This document shows positions 29,439-38,226 of a stretch of 64,000 nucleotides of DNA, one piece after another (position 1 is the first letter of the stretch; every line of letters starts with the position of its first letter). Where the stretch lies: positions 608,001-672,000 of the forward strand of contig CP122380.1 of NCBI GenBank assembly GCA_024650005.2. Direction: 5' to 3'. Made by a program: the position numbers and the translations under genes. This DNA comes from Candidatus Bathyarchaeum tardum (GTDB taxonomy: Archaea > Thermoproteota > Bathyarchaeia > Bathyarchaeales > Bathyarchaeaceae). The notes beneath the pieces are model-generated. The model was not told the origin of the DNA and made no database searches. It saw only the letters and a program-made list of their open reading frames with translations.

Positions 29439-30848
29439 ATGACTGTGCTTCAAGATTATGCTGATTTCATCCTTGAGTATGCACCTTATTTTTACTATAC
29501 TCCTGGCATTGGCGTGGATCCTGTGTGGGGAAAAGGACCAGCTGCTGCAGGTCATTCGATTGATTTTTTGGTTTTGTGTCATGCTGATTCACAGTTTGCT
29601 AGTATGCAGTCGACCATTTACGACAAGATTGTAGAGTTAGCGGATTTTCTTGTTTCGATTCAATGTACTAACAACACAAAGAAGGCCTACGGGGGTTTTC
29701 AAAGCAAAGAGGGAAGCGACTATTACTATTCGATTGATGCTCACCGTTCAATTCCTGCTCTTTTGAAGGCCTACGATTTGACGGGAAACGTGGATTACTA
29801 CAACGCTGCAGTGCTGGCTGGAGATTATCTTTACACTATGCAGCATCCGCCAATTCCAACTGTTCATGACCAGTACTATGGAGGTTTTGCTCAGTTCGTT
29901 AACATCGACGACCAATGGGGCGCGAATATGTGGGTTGTTGATCTGTACGGAATAATGGGTTTGAAAGAAATCTACACCCGGACAGGTGACGCCAAATATC
30001 AAACAATTTTGGATGAAGCTTTAGCCTTTTATCGTCAAGGAATAATCGACTTGTGGCTTTATTATACACCTCTTCCTAGTGGAAATGGGGCGTGGCATCG
30101 AGCTCCCGGAACACCGCCTGAAAATCTGATTTTTGATGACGATTTCAGTTATGCCCTTCATAGTTTGTACCAGTATGAGGGCTGGAGTGAAACAGTTGAA
30201 AAGGTGTTTCGACACTGCAGTGAGATTGAACCAACGATAGATCACCCTGCTTATCAGCCTGCAGTTGGTTGGCCGGGTTACTTGGATGTAATTAACCGAA
30301 AGCCCGATTGTGATTACTACGATGCTGTGACGTCGGGAATCTTGGCTTTAGTGTTACGCAAAAACCATGATGGCATCATGTATGAGTATGCCAAGAAAAT
30401 CATTGAACGGCATCCAGATTCTTTCATGTATTGGGGTCCACAATTTTCGGATTATTCACCTGTGGAAGACAAGAAAGCTACTGTAACGGTTTCTTGGCTG
30501 GGGATGTATCTTGTTGAGTATTCACCTATTTCAAACAAGTTCACGCAGATTCTTAATGCTCATGGGGAAACTGTAACTTTCTATTCGGTGATTTCTGGAG
30601 AAACCGAGTCCTTTGCTGAAGGTATCGAAATTAAGGCGATTGTTAGGCCTACAGAGTCAAAAGAAATTTTCTTGGAAGCAGGTTACACAGTAGACGATTA
30701 CAAGACTTTCTATGTTTTTTCTCCTGTTAGGCATCATGACAAGTTGGTCCACAAATCAATTCCTTACACTGCTATTGGGGTTCAGGATTTCAATTTTCAA
30801 AAGGACACATTGTATTTGAAAGTGCTGTGCAGGAGGTTGCTCGAGTAA
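29439..30848 (+). CDS. (alpha/alpha)6 six-hairpin glycosidase-like domain fused to a C-terminal head-closure (gp16-like) domain
   Basis: ALLKAYDLTG..DYY.AA and LKEIY..TGD.KY helical-barrel repeats. The last ~100 aa (GETVT..EIKAIV..DKL..Y.....D..YLKV.CRR) match stopper proteins. Confidence 0.65.
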   Translation: MTVLQDYADFILEYAPYFYYTPGIGVDPVWGKGPAAAGHSIDFLVLCHADSQFASMQSTIYDKIVELADFLVSIQCTNNTKKAYGGFQSKEGSDYYYSIDAHRSIPALLKAYDLTGNVDYYNAAVLAGDYLYTMQHPPIPTVHDQYYGGFAQFVNIDDQWGANMWVVDLYGIMGLKEIYTRTGDAKYQTILDEALAFYRQGIIDLWLYYTPLPSGNGAWHRAPGTPPENLIFDDDFSYALHSLYQYEGWSETVEKVFRHCSEIEPTIDHPAYQPAVGWPGYLDVINRKPDCDYYDAVTSGILALVLRKNHDGIMYEYAKKIIERHPDSFMYWGPQFSDYSPVEDKKATVTVSWLGMYLVEYSPISNKFTQILNAHGETVTFYSVISGETESFAEGIEIKAIVRPTESKEIFLEAGYTVDDYKTFYVFSPVRHHDKLVHKSIPYTAIGVQDFNFQKDTLYLKVLCRRLLE

Positions 30849-31828
30849 TGGCAACTGTAGAGGATTCCGTGTTAACGGTTATTCGTCTCCTGGACAATAA
30901 CATGAAGCTTGCAAAAGCAGACGGCAATATTGGTTCTGTTTACGTGAGTGAAGAATGGTACAACCGAACGGTTATGAAAAATCATGATGCTCAGGTGACA
31001 GTTGGCCTTGCAAACAGCACACATCGAAAGCTTGGCTTTTCTGCTACTTTACGTTTGGATGTGGGTTTGCTTCGTGTGATTTTGTGGGTTATCAACAAAT
31101 CAGGTTCTGAAGAATCGCCTAGGGCTATTCGGGATAAGATGCGAAAGGAAATAAAGCGGATTATTGCCGAGAAACGAACTAAGCCCAACATTACGGAATA
31201 TTCGTTCTGGAACCTTGGTACTACTAGCAAAACTCACAAAGCCTATGAAGTAGCTGCTGATGCTGAATTAGCCCCAGATAATGAGAACTGGGATGAAATT
31301 GAAGGCGAAGGCTATAACAAAATTTGGGTTAGTGACGACGATAGACACTCCATTTCTGCAGATGAGAATTTGGATTATGGCCTGATCCTTTTTAGGTTCA
31401 AAGTAGGTGCTGAATCAAACGTCCTTACAAATCTGGAGTTTGCCTTTGAGGGTTACGGAACTGCTCCTGGGGGAAATGGCGCCACTATCAAAGTTTGGAA
31501 TTTCAGTTCTTCTTCTTGGGAAAATGCTCAATCAGGAACTGCTGGCACTGATGAAACGCTTACAATTGCGTTGTCTTCTGGCTTTTCGGATTTGATTGAT
31601 TCTAACGGTTACGTGTATTTGCTTGCTCGAACAACGAATCCGAGCAATGGCTCTACTGATGCGGTGCTTCATTGTGATTTTGTGAAATGCGCTGCCACAG
31701 TTCAGGGCATTCATTACGTTGATGTTGTTTCTTTTGGGGATTCGGACGACGTTGAAGTAAATCCCGTTATTTGGAGGACAGATTTTGTTCTCAAAACTTG
31801 GTTGTTTGAAAATATTCCTGTTACTTGA
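30848..31828 (+). CDS. Tail terminator-like protein with an inserted beta-sandwich domain
   Basis: Immediately precedes the tail tube gene; terminator-like N and C termini flank a ~185-aa beta-rich insert. ATG overlaps the upstream TAA. Confidence 0.55.
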   Translation: MATVEDSVLTVIRLLDNNMKLAKADGNIGSVYVSEEWYNRTVMKNHDAQVTVGLANSTHRKLGFSATLRLDVGLLRVILWVINKSGSEESPRAIRDKMRKEIKRIIAEKRTKPNITEYSFWNLGTTSKTHKAYEVAADAELAPDNENWDEIEGEGYNKIWVSDDDRHSISADENLDYGLILFRFKVGAESNVLTNLEFAFEGYGTAPGGNGATIKVWNFSSSSWENAQSGTAGTDETLTIALSSGFSDLIDSNGYVYLLARTTNPSNGSTDAVLHCDFVKCAATVQGIHYVDVVSFGDSDDVEVNPVIWRTDFVLKTWLFENIPVT

Positions 31829-31846
31829 AAAATGGAGAAATGAAAA

Positions 31847-32677
31847 ATGAGTGAACCATACGGATCGTATGAAGCTGGAGTAGCATACATCGGTGAGTCA
31901 GTATATGGAGAAACTCCTGCATCGCCTGCAATGGTTTCGATTTTGACTGCTGAAAACGTGGAACCTACTGTAAATCCTAGTTTGCTTAAGATTCGGGGCA
32001 TTGGCAGCAGAGACCTTCAGTATCTTCGTAAGGGCCTGAAGTTAGTTGATGTGAAACTCGGTTACGTGCTGCAGAACATTGAGCTGCTCAATTACGTTAT
32101 AACTTTGGGTTCTATGAGTCTAGAGGTTTGGTATGAAAAAGGTGCTAACATTGTTTCTTTGTTGCATAAAGGCTGCCGGATGGACCGAGCTGAGGTTAAA
32201 TGTTCAGTTGAAGACGTCGTGAAAGCAGATGTCACTCTAATGGGACAGAATCAGGTTCCAGGAGCTGCGAAGATTGGTTCTACTTACACGCCTTGGTCGG
32301 ATACTCCAGTTGCCTTCTATGACAGTTACGTGAAGAAACAAACGACTACATTAGAGCGGGTTACTGATTGGAAGTTTGTTATTGAAAATCACCTAAAACG
32401 TGTGCCTGTAATCCGAAACACAAACGGGAATTTGCTCAAGTTTCTGCAGCAAAGACAAAGAAGCCTTTCTGGTGAATTGACTTTTGAGTTTGAAACTAAA
32501 GAGGAATATGACGACGTTGTAAATGATACTGCTTTCACCCTTGAAATTGGGTTAGGCAGTACCAACAAAGCTGTTTTTACTGATTGTAAATGGGACAACA
32601 TTTCGTCACCCACTCGGATTGAAGACCTCGTTTCGTTGAAGGCTCCCTTCACTGCAAAAGGAGTTACGATAACCTGA
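31847..32677 (+). CDS. Tail tube (major tail) protein
   Basis: E..YG.TP, GC.MD, ..ENHL, R.LSGELTF pattern. No sheath gene is present, so the tail is siphovirus-type. Confidence 0.8.
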   Translation: MSEPYGSYEAGVAYIGESVYGETPASPAMVSILTAENVEPTVNPSLLKIRGIGSRDLQYLRKGLKLVDVKLGYVLQNIELLNYVITLGSMSLEVWYEKGANIVSLLHKGCRMDRAEVKCSVEDVVKADVTLMGQNQVPGAAKIGSTYTPWSDTPVAFYDSYVKKQTTTLERVTDWKFVIENHLKRVPVIRNTNGNLLKFLQQRQRSLSGELTFEFETKEEYDDVVNDTAFTLEIGLGSTNKAVFTDCKWDNISSPTRIEDLVSLKAPFTAKGVTIT

Positions 32678-32678
32678 G

Positions 32679-33128
32679 GTGCGAAAATTGAGTAAGGCTA
32701 GAATAATTCTTGTAACTGTTTTCCTTTCGGGCATTCTTTTAGGATCCATTGTTTATGCAGCTTACCAGCACTTTCAGCCTATTCGTAATGTTGGAACTGT
32801 CCGGGTTATTGGGGTTGACGTTTTCGCGGATGCAGAATTAACTTCTCGTTTAACTGAAATTCCTTGGGGTGTTATGAGCCCGGATGAATCTCGAAATGTT
32901 ACAGTTTGGATACAAAACACCGGTAACTATGCTCAGAAGTTGGTTATGTGGACTGAAAGCTGGAATCCGACTAGTGCTTTTGACTTCATCAGTTTGACTT
33001 GGGATTATGACGATTCATGGATTCCTGTAAACGATGCAATTCTGGTTGTATTCACGCTTTCACTTGATGCTGACATAACTGGAGTAACTAACTTCAGTTT
33101 TGAACTTTGGGTTAAGGGGGTGCATTAG
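32679..33128 (+). CDS. Membrane-anchored Ig-like protein
   Basis: N-terminal TM/signal; WG...P..S..VTVWIQNTGN Ig-like pattern. Confidence 0.6.
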   Translation: MRKLSKARIILVTVFLSGILLGSIVYAAYQHFQPIRNVGTVRVIGVDVFADAELTSRLTEIPWGVMSPDESRNVTVWIQNTGNYAQKLVMWTESWNPTSAFDFISLTWDYDDSWIPVNDAILVVFTLSLDADITGVTNFSFELWVKGVH

Positions 33129-33130
33129 TC

Positions 33131-33274
33131 ATGGATGAATTAACTCGTAGGTTACGTGCATTGCCGGAGACCGTTCAAAAACTCATCGCAGCGGACATGA
33201 AAACTGCACTTACAAATAGAATCACAGTCATGGAGAGGATTTGCAATAAAACAAAAAAAAGTTCAGGTAACTGA
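33131..33274 (+). CDS. 47-aa viral protein (below the track's length cutoff)
   Basis: MDELTRRLRALPETVQKLIAADMKTALTNRITVMERICNKTKKSSGN; exactly fills the gap in the operon. Confidence 0.55.
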   Translation: MDELTRRLRALPETVQKLIAADMKTALTNRITVMERICNKTKKSSGN

Positions 33275-33578
33275 AAACTTTGGAAAAGAGTTCGTTGGAG
33301 AATACGTCTTCCAAGAAATTAACTGGGCTAAACGCAGTCGAATAATCCAGAAGTACACAAAATACCATCCTACAACGGGTCAAGTGGTTAGCAGCGATTA
33401 CGTTTCGATTCAAGCAGAGACTATTTGGGCTAGTTTGAAGGTGCAGCCTGAAAGTAAACCGATTACTCTGGAGAAGTTGCTCGGAGACGTTGACGGATTC
33501 CCTATTGCTCTTGGTGAATTTTTCAGCAAATTAACGAACAGTCTTAATGGAATCAGTAAAGCAGAAACAAAAAACTGA
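33246..33578 (+). CDS. Tail assembly chaperone (lambda gpG-like), probable ATA start
   Basis: The reading frame extends well upstream of the track's GTG at 33384 (IKQKKVQVTENFGKEFVGEYVFQEINWAKR...); GGAGAGG RBS precedes the ATA. Confidence 0.65.
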   Translation: MKQKKVQVTENFGKEFVGEYVFQEINWAKRSRIIQKYTKYHPTTGQVVSSDYVSIQAETIWASLKVQPESKPITLEKLLGDVDGFPIALGEFFSKLTNSLNGISKAETKN

Positions 33579-33766
33579 TTCGGGCGATGAGACGTGAAAA
33601 GCCTCATCCGATCCTTACAGAGTTTCGGCTGTGTAAAGAGTTTGGTTGGACCCCGAAGGAACTTGCACGTCAGCCTGCTAAGACAGTTCAAGCGTTTGTA
33701 GTTATCATGAACGAAATTGATGCTCAAACTCAAAAAGAAATTGAAAAATCCAAAAAGAAGGCCTAA
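33569..33766 (+). other. Programmed -1 frameshift site and gpGT-like extension
   Basis: Slippery A AAA AAC directly before TGA. The -1 frame encodes LIRAMRREKPHPILTEFRLCKEFGWTPKEL... to the TAA ending at 33766. Confidence 0.75.
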
Positions 33767-33769
33767 AAA

Positions 33770-34138
33770 ATGTCAGTCGACGTGGACATACAAGTAAAAG
33801 GGGTTTCTGAACTACAACAGAAACTAGGTCTGTTAGGCGTCACTCTGGAAACTAAAGTTCATGACGAACTGCAGCTCGAAGCACCCATCATGAAGAATAT
33901 TGCACGTGCAAAGGCTCCAGTTGTTACTGGACGATTACGAGACAGCATTTATGCACACGTCGAAGGGCTGATCTTGAAATTAGGTGCAACTGCTCCTTAT
34001 GCGGTTTTTCAGGAATTGGGAACGCGATACATCAAGCCTAAGGCGTTTCTGCAATCTGCAGTTTTTGAACGTATAGAACACTTAGTCAATCGAATTAGTC
34101 GTGCAATTGGGGACGCGATTAAGGAGGTTTCCCGTTGA
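33770..34138 (+). CDS. HK97 gp10-like tail completion protein
   Basis: APVVTGRLRDSI, APYAVFQELGTRYIKPKAFL motifs. Confidence 0.88.
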   Translation: MSVDVDIQVKGVSELQQKLGLLGVTLETKVHDELQLEAPIMKNIARAKAPVVTGRLRDSIYAHVEGLILKLGATAPYAVFQELGTRYIKPKAFLQSAVFERIEHLVNRISRAIGDAIKEVSR

Positions 34139-34752
34139 GTTTTCAGGATTTAGTCATAGCGATTAACGTTGAGAATAATTCTCAGGTTCAGTTTAATCAG
34201 GTTGCAGTTCAAGCAGCTAATATGAGTACTGAAGTTGTGGGAGCAACTGAAAGTGTTAGCGTGGGTTTTCAGCAAGCAGGTGCTGAAGCTGAAGCTATGG
34301 CAGATAAAGTCAAGCTTTCAGGGGATTCCGTTAAGGAAATGTCCCGAGATTTTACTACTTTGGGCGTTGGAATTTCTTCTATTGGGCGTCTTGGTGAAAC
34401 ATTTGGACTTCTAAATCAAGAACAAGCTGAATGTGTTCTTACCATGGGGTTGTCCTTGTCGGCTATTGCTGGAGTTGTTAGGGCGGTTCAGATTTTTAAT
34501 TCTGCAACAAGTGTGGCCACTGCAGTTCAAAACGCCTTGAACATCAGTTACGGTACTTTCTTGGCGTTAACTGGTGTAGGTATTGCCGTTATTGTGGCTG
34601 CTGCTGCAGCTATGACCTATTTTGCTTCTCAAATGAATTCTGCAACTGCTAGTGTGAAAAACTACAACACTGCTACTTCTGACATGACGTCGAGTTCTCG
34701 AAATATTCGCAGAGCTGGAGAAGACGATCTGCGACGGAGGGGAATAGAATAA
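34135..34752 (+). CDS. Very short tape-measure protein
   Basis: Ala/Gly-rich helices; ATAVQNALN..FLALTGVGIAVIVAAAAA pattern; lies between the chaperone and hub genes. Confidence 0.65.
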   Translation: MSFQDLVIAINVENNSQVQFNQVAVQAANMSTEVVGATESVSVGFQQAGAEAEAMADKVKLSGDSVKEMSRDFTTLGVGISSIGRLGETFGLLNQEQAECVLTMGLSLSAIAGVVRAVQIFNSATSVATAVQNALNISYGTFLALTGVGIAVIVAAAAAMTYFASQMNSATASVKNYNTATSDMTSSSRNIRRAGEDDLRRRGIE

Positions 34753-37232
34753 GCGTTGAAATTCCTGTTGCTGCAGTTGTTTTTGGTGCTGTTTCTCCGC
34801 TTCAGGGTGACATCTTGGATTTGAAAGTTCATTTGGGTTGCACAAAAGAGGTAAGCAGCTTTGAGTGTCTCCTGCAGAATTTTGACCAAAAATACAGTCC
34901 GGGTGGAATTTACCCGATTAACGTTGGGGACAATGGAAGCATAAGTCTTGGCAGGGGTGCAAATTGTCCACTTATTATGACTCTTCGTGTGGAGGAAATT
35001 GAACCCACATCTTCGGCAGTTGAAAACTACATTAAAGTTAAAGGAAGGTGCTGGGGTGAACGCATCTTTCGTAGAGTTGTTACTAAAGAATACGAGAACC
35101 AAAAGGGTGAAGCTATCGTCAAGGATTTGCTTGACTATTACATTGGGTTAAGTCATGAAAGGGCATCTGTTGAGTTGGTTGAAGATACTGATACGACTTA
35201 TACCCTTCTGGATTACGAAAACTCCCCTGTTTTTGATATCCTCAAATATGTTGCAGGGAGTTCAGACTTAAGCGGTGTAATTGAATACGATTTTAGAGTA
35301 GAACCTGATGGTAAATTCGCTTTTTTCCCAAAAAACAGCAAAACTTGTTCTGTGGACCTTACCGACAAAATTGAATCAAGCGTTTACAATAAGGATATTC
35401 ATCGTGTTCGGAATCGCATAATCATTTATGGTGCAGCTGAAAAGGCTACTCCTCTGGACAAAGACGCTAACACTGAAGACCTAACACAGAACGGGGCTTA
35501 TGTTGATGCTCCCGACGGTCAATGGATGACAGGAAACGGGGCTGGAAGCGTTTCTGTTGGAACTGATGAATTTATTGTTGGTTCTAAAGCCCTTAAGCAT
35601 ACTACAGGAAGCCCAGATTACTATGGTTGTGCAGTATTCACCTACACGGCAGGAAAAGAAGTAGATTCTAACGAGTTTCCAAGTCTTAGTTTTCAAATAA
35701 TGCTCGAAGAGGACAAGAATTTTCAGGGCGCCATCACGATGGTGCTTTATGATTCTGTGGCCTCGAAAGTTTACAAGCAATTTTCTGTTACTCCGGGTGA
35801 TTTTTGTTTAGAGTCTTTTGCTGCAGGTAAGAAGAACACTGATCAATGGACACATGATAAAACGAATTCAACGCCTTTTGATTGGAGTAGCATAAAGAAT
35901 ATCCTGTTTTATGTTGACTTTTCAGGTTCGGGCGGAGTTGGAACTGGAAGTTTCTGGATAGATAATTTGTTCTGGAATCATTGCAGATGGAAAGCAGTAC
36001 GTCCTTTGAGTGGTGAAGAACCAACTGCTAGTCAAACCGCTTATGGGCTTCGGGAACTGGTAGAGGTTGACGAAGAGTTACATAGTGACAATGAATGCGA
36101 TTTACGAGCAAAGGCCTTGCTTGCTCATCTTGAAGATTGTGCAGAACTGTTGACGATAACCAGCACCATGATTGATTACGGTAATACTCCTATTTTGGCT
36201 GGAGATAAAATCCATGTTACTTTACCGAATGAAAACGTTGATTCTGACTTTCGCATTATTTCTGTTGAATATCACGTAGTTGCTGAAACTCAGACTTTAG
36301 AAATTACACTGGAACTAGGGAAGCAAAAGCCCCTTTTGGCTGATTACTTGTACGGGCTTCGTTCAACGACAATTACTGCAGAAAAATTGATGCGAACAAA
36401 GTCGGGCCTTCGAAGTATTGTAAGCGGTAGTGGTGGCGGTGGTAGCAGTGGAGAACTCCCTGATTGGTTAGCCCCTGCGAATATTGGACCAAAAAGCGAT
36501 GCAGCAGCAATTATGAATTTTAGAACAAAAAACATTGCAGGGGATTCCGTAGTTGACCATCAGTTTAACCCGTCGGACGATCTGCATGGAGTGTTAGGGG
36601 TTCAATCAAAGCGTTGGCTGGAATCTCATTTGGGCTACTTGTTTGTTAGTGGGTATGCTCGGTTAGCTCAGTTGAACCTAGGCAGTTACGGAGGCGACCA
36701 AATCGTAATTACGCCTGCTCGTGTTTTGCAAAATGTTACTGCAGATGTCGGCATAATCACAAGCGGTCAGTTTAGTTTGGCTCGCATGCCCAGGAGTACT
36801 TCAGGTTATGTTCTTGAAGCTCAAGGTGCAGCAGCTGATCCTATGTTTGTTAATCCTAATGGACGTTACACTCCAGCAGGGCACAATCATGCAGCAGGTA
36901 ACATAACCTCTGGCGTTCTTGATGAAGCTCGATGTCCTAACGTTTACTCGAATCCTGTAACTTTCAATGGTGGCATAGTTACGAATAGCGTTAATTGTGC
37001 AAACTGGCAAGCTGCAGACATTCTTTTTGAGAACTTTTTCCGAATCACTGAAGCTGAGAAATTGGGGCTCGGTAAGGGCTTGGCCTTTCTGAGTGATAAA
37101 GACCAGATTTTGATGCTTCTTGATGGCAACGGCAACGTGAAGGTTGCTGGCAAAATTGAACATGAACAAAAACTAAAAAAGGTGAAAAAAAGCTGTCCGA
37201 AAAATCATTCAAAGAAATGCTCGAAAAAGTGA
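34749..37232 (+). CDS. Baseplate hub / tail-tip protein with CBM-like insert and fibre-like C-terminus; probable ATA start
   Basis: Hub-like YDFRV..DG.F.F and VRNRIIIYG; SGSGGGGSSG linker; HNHAAGNITSG repeat. The frame extends 22 codons upstream of the track's TTG. Confidence 0.7.
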   Translation: MSVEIPVAAVVFGAVSPLQGDILDLKVHLGCTKEVSSFECLLQNFDQKYSPGGIYPINVGDNGSISLGRGANCPLIMTLRVEEIEPTSSAVENYIKVKGRCWGERIFRRVVTKEYENQKGEAIVKDLLDYYIGLSHERASVELVEDTDTTYTLLDYENSPVFDILKYVAGSSDLSGVIEYDFRVEPDGKFAFFPKNSKTCSVDLTDKIESSVYNKDIHRVRNRIIIYGAAEKATPLDKDANTEDLTQNGAYVDAPDGQWMTGNGAGSVSVGTDEFIVGSKALKHTTGSPDYYGCAVFTYTAGKEVDSNEFPSLSFQIMLEEDKNFQGAITMVLYDSVASKVYKQFSVTPGDFCLESFAAGKKNTDQWTHDKTNSTPFDWSSIKNILFYVDFSGSGGVGTGSFWIDNLFWNHCRWKAVRPLSGEEPTASQTAYGLRELVEVDEELHSDNECDLRAKALLAHLEDCAELLTITSTMIDYGNTPILAGDKIHVTLPNENVDSDFRIISVEYHVVAETQTLEITLELGKQKPLLADYLYGLRSTTITAEKLMRTKSGLRSIVSGSGGGGSSGELPDWLAPANIGPKSDAAAIMNFRTKNIAGDSVVDHQFNPSDDLHGVLGVQSKRWLESHLGYLFVSGYARLAQLNLGSYGGDQIVITPARVLQNVTADVGIITSGQFSLARMPRSTSGYVLEAQGAAADPMFVNPNGRYTPAGHNHAAGNITSGVLDEARCPNVYSNPVTFNGGIVTNSVNCANWQAADILFENFFRITEAEKLGLGKGLAFLSDKDQILMLLDGNGNVKVAGKIEHEQKLKKVKKSCPKNHSKKCSKK

Positions 37233-37594
37233 AAGTTGGCGACCTAACTTGTGTCGAATGGTGCGATGCAAGTGTCGGCAAAAGCAGTGGATCAGGAAGC
37301 ATTATAGATATTCCAGTGAAAAGCTGGGGTGTTTATGTTGGTATGTTTGGAAGCCGAACTAAACATATTGTTTTGGCACAAAACAGTTTCCAGTATTCTG
37401 ATGGGCTTTTTGATTTAGATTACACTGCGATTCCTGCAAGCTGGGCAATTGACCTTTCAGTAATTGAAAAAGCGCATATTCCTGACTCAATTGCAAAAAA
37501 ATTAGTTAACAGTTTCTTGCTTGGCGGTCAGCGAACCTTCAAGCATCAAAGGACTTTTCAGCGGAGGTTAAACGCTCATGAAAGATTGGGTTAA
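37217..37594 (+). CDS. Viral hypothetical protein, possible Sm-like fold
   Basis: V.W.DA...SWG....HIVLA...IP..W pattern. Confidence 0.55.
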   Translation: MLEKVKVGDLTCVEWCDASVGKSSGSGSIIDIPVKSWGVYVGMFGSRTKHIVLAQNSFQYSDGLFDLDYTAIPASWAIDLSVIEKAHIPDSIAKKLVNSFLLGGQRTFKHQRTFQRRLNAHERLG

Positions 37595-37820
37595 ACGAGC
37601 CTTAGCCCGTAAGCGCATTCAACGAGGTAAAATAGTTGTTGAAGAACCAAACGATAAACTAGTTTGGGGCGTAAAGTTCGCAATTGGAATGACTCTGTGC
37701 CTTTCAGGGTTGCAGATTGCTCACTTAGTTGTTTTGGGAACTTGGAATAACGAGATTTTTTCAACAATTACCGGGTTAATTGGAACGATTTCAGGAGTTC
37801 TGATAGGTAGTCATGCCTAG
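37578..37820 (+). CDS. Two-TM membrane protein (holin-like)
   Basis: Basic N-terminus followed by two hydrophobic helices. Confidence 0.55.
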   Translation: MKDWVKRALARKRIQRGKIVVEEPNDKLVWGVKFAIGMTLCLSGLQIAHLVVLGTWNNEIFSTITGLIGTISGVLIGSHA

Positions 37821-38226
37821 ATGGTCAAAAGCTGATATCACAACTTTGCATGAACTAGTAGCTGCTGGAGAAAATTGTGAAAATATTGCAGTTACATTAA
37901 AGCGTGGTGTTAATGCAGTGAAGATGAAAGCCAAAAGAGAGGGCTTAAATGTTGTTGTTGGGGGGGTAGGGGGGTCAACAACAACAAATGACCTTCCTGA
38001 AGGGCTGCCTAGTGTTGAAGATGTTTTGAAAGTTCTTGCTAAGGTGATTAAGGCTCTTGATGAACCTGGGCTAGGAATGGCTGAGGTCCAAAGGCTTCAG
38101 GCGATGATTACTGGAATTAGGACCTACAAGAGTTTGCTTGCTGATTACGTGAATTACCGGGAGATTGAAAAGAAGCTTTTAGAGTTGGACGCCAAATATG
38201 CCAAGCTCATCGGACAAAAAAGCTAG
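37813..38226 (+). CDS. Putative terminase small subunit
   Basis: N-terminal HTH (WS..D...L...IA..LKR..AV..K), C-terminal coiled coil, overlaps terL. Confidence 0.65.
   Translation: MPRWSKADITTLHELVAAGENCENIAVTLKRGVNAVKMKAKREGLNVVVGGVGGSTTTNDLPEGLPSVEDVLKVLAKVIKALDEPGLGMAEVQRLQAMITGIRTYKSLLADYVNYREIEKKLLELDAKYAKLIGQKS
37950..37986. repeat. 11-bp inverted repeat with a G-rich loop inside terS (candidate pac site)
   Basis: TGTTGTTGTTG-GGGGGGTAGGGGGGT-CAACAACAACA; second copy at 11145-11180. Confidence 0.6.

Noticed and set aside
34749-37232. Diversity-generating retroelement acting on the tail protein
   Set aside because: No reverse transcriptase is present, and the 11 kb relic matches packaging genes, with indels and mismatches that are not adenine-specific.
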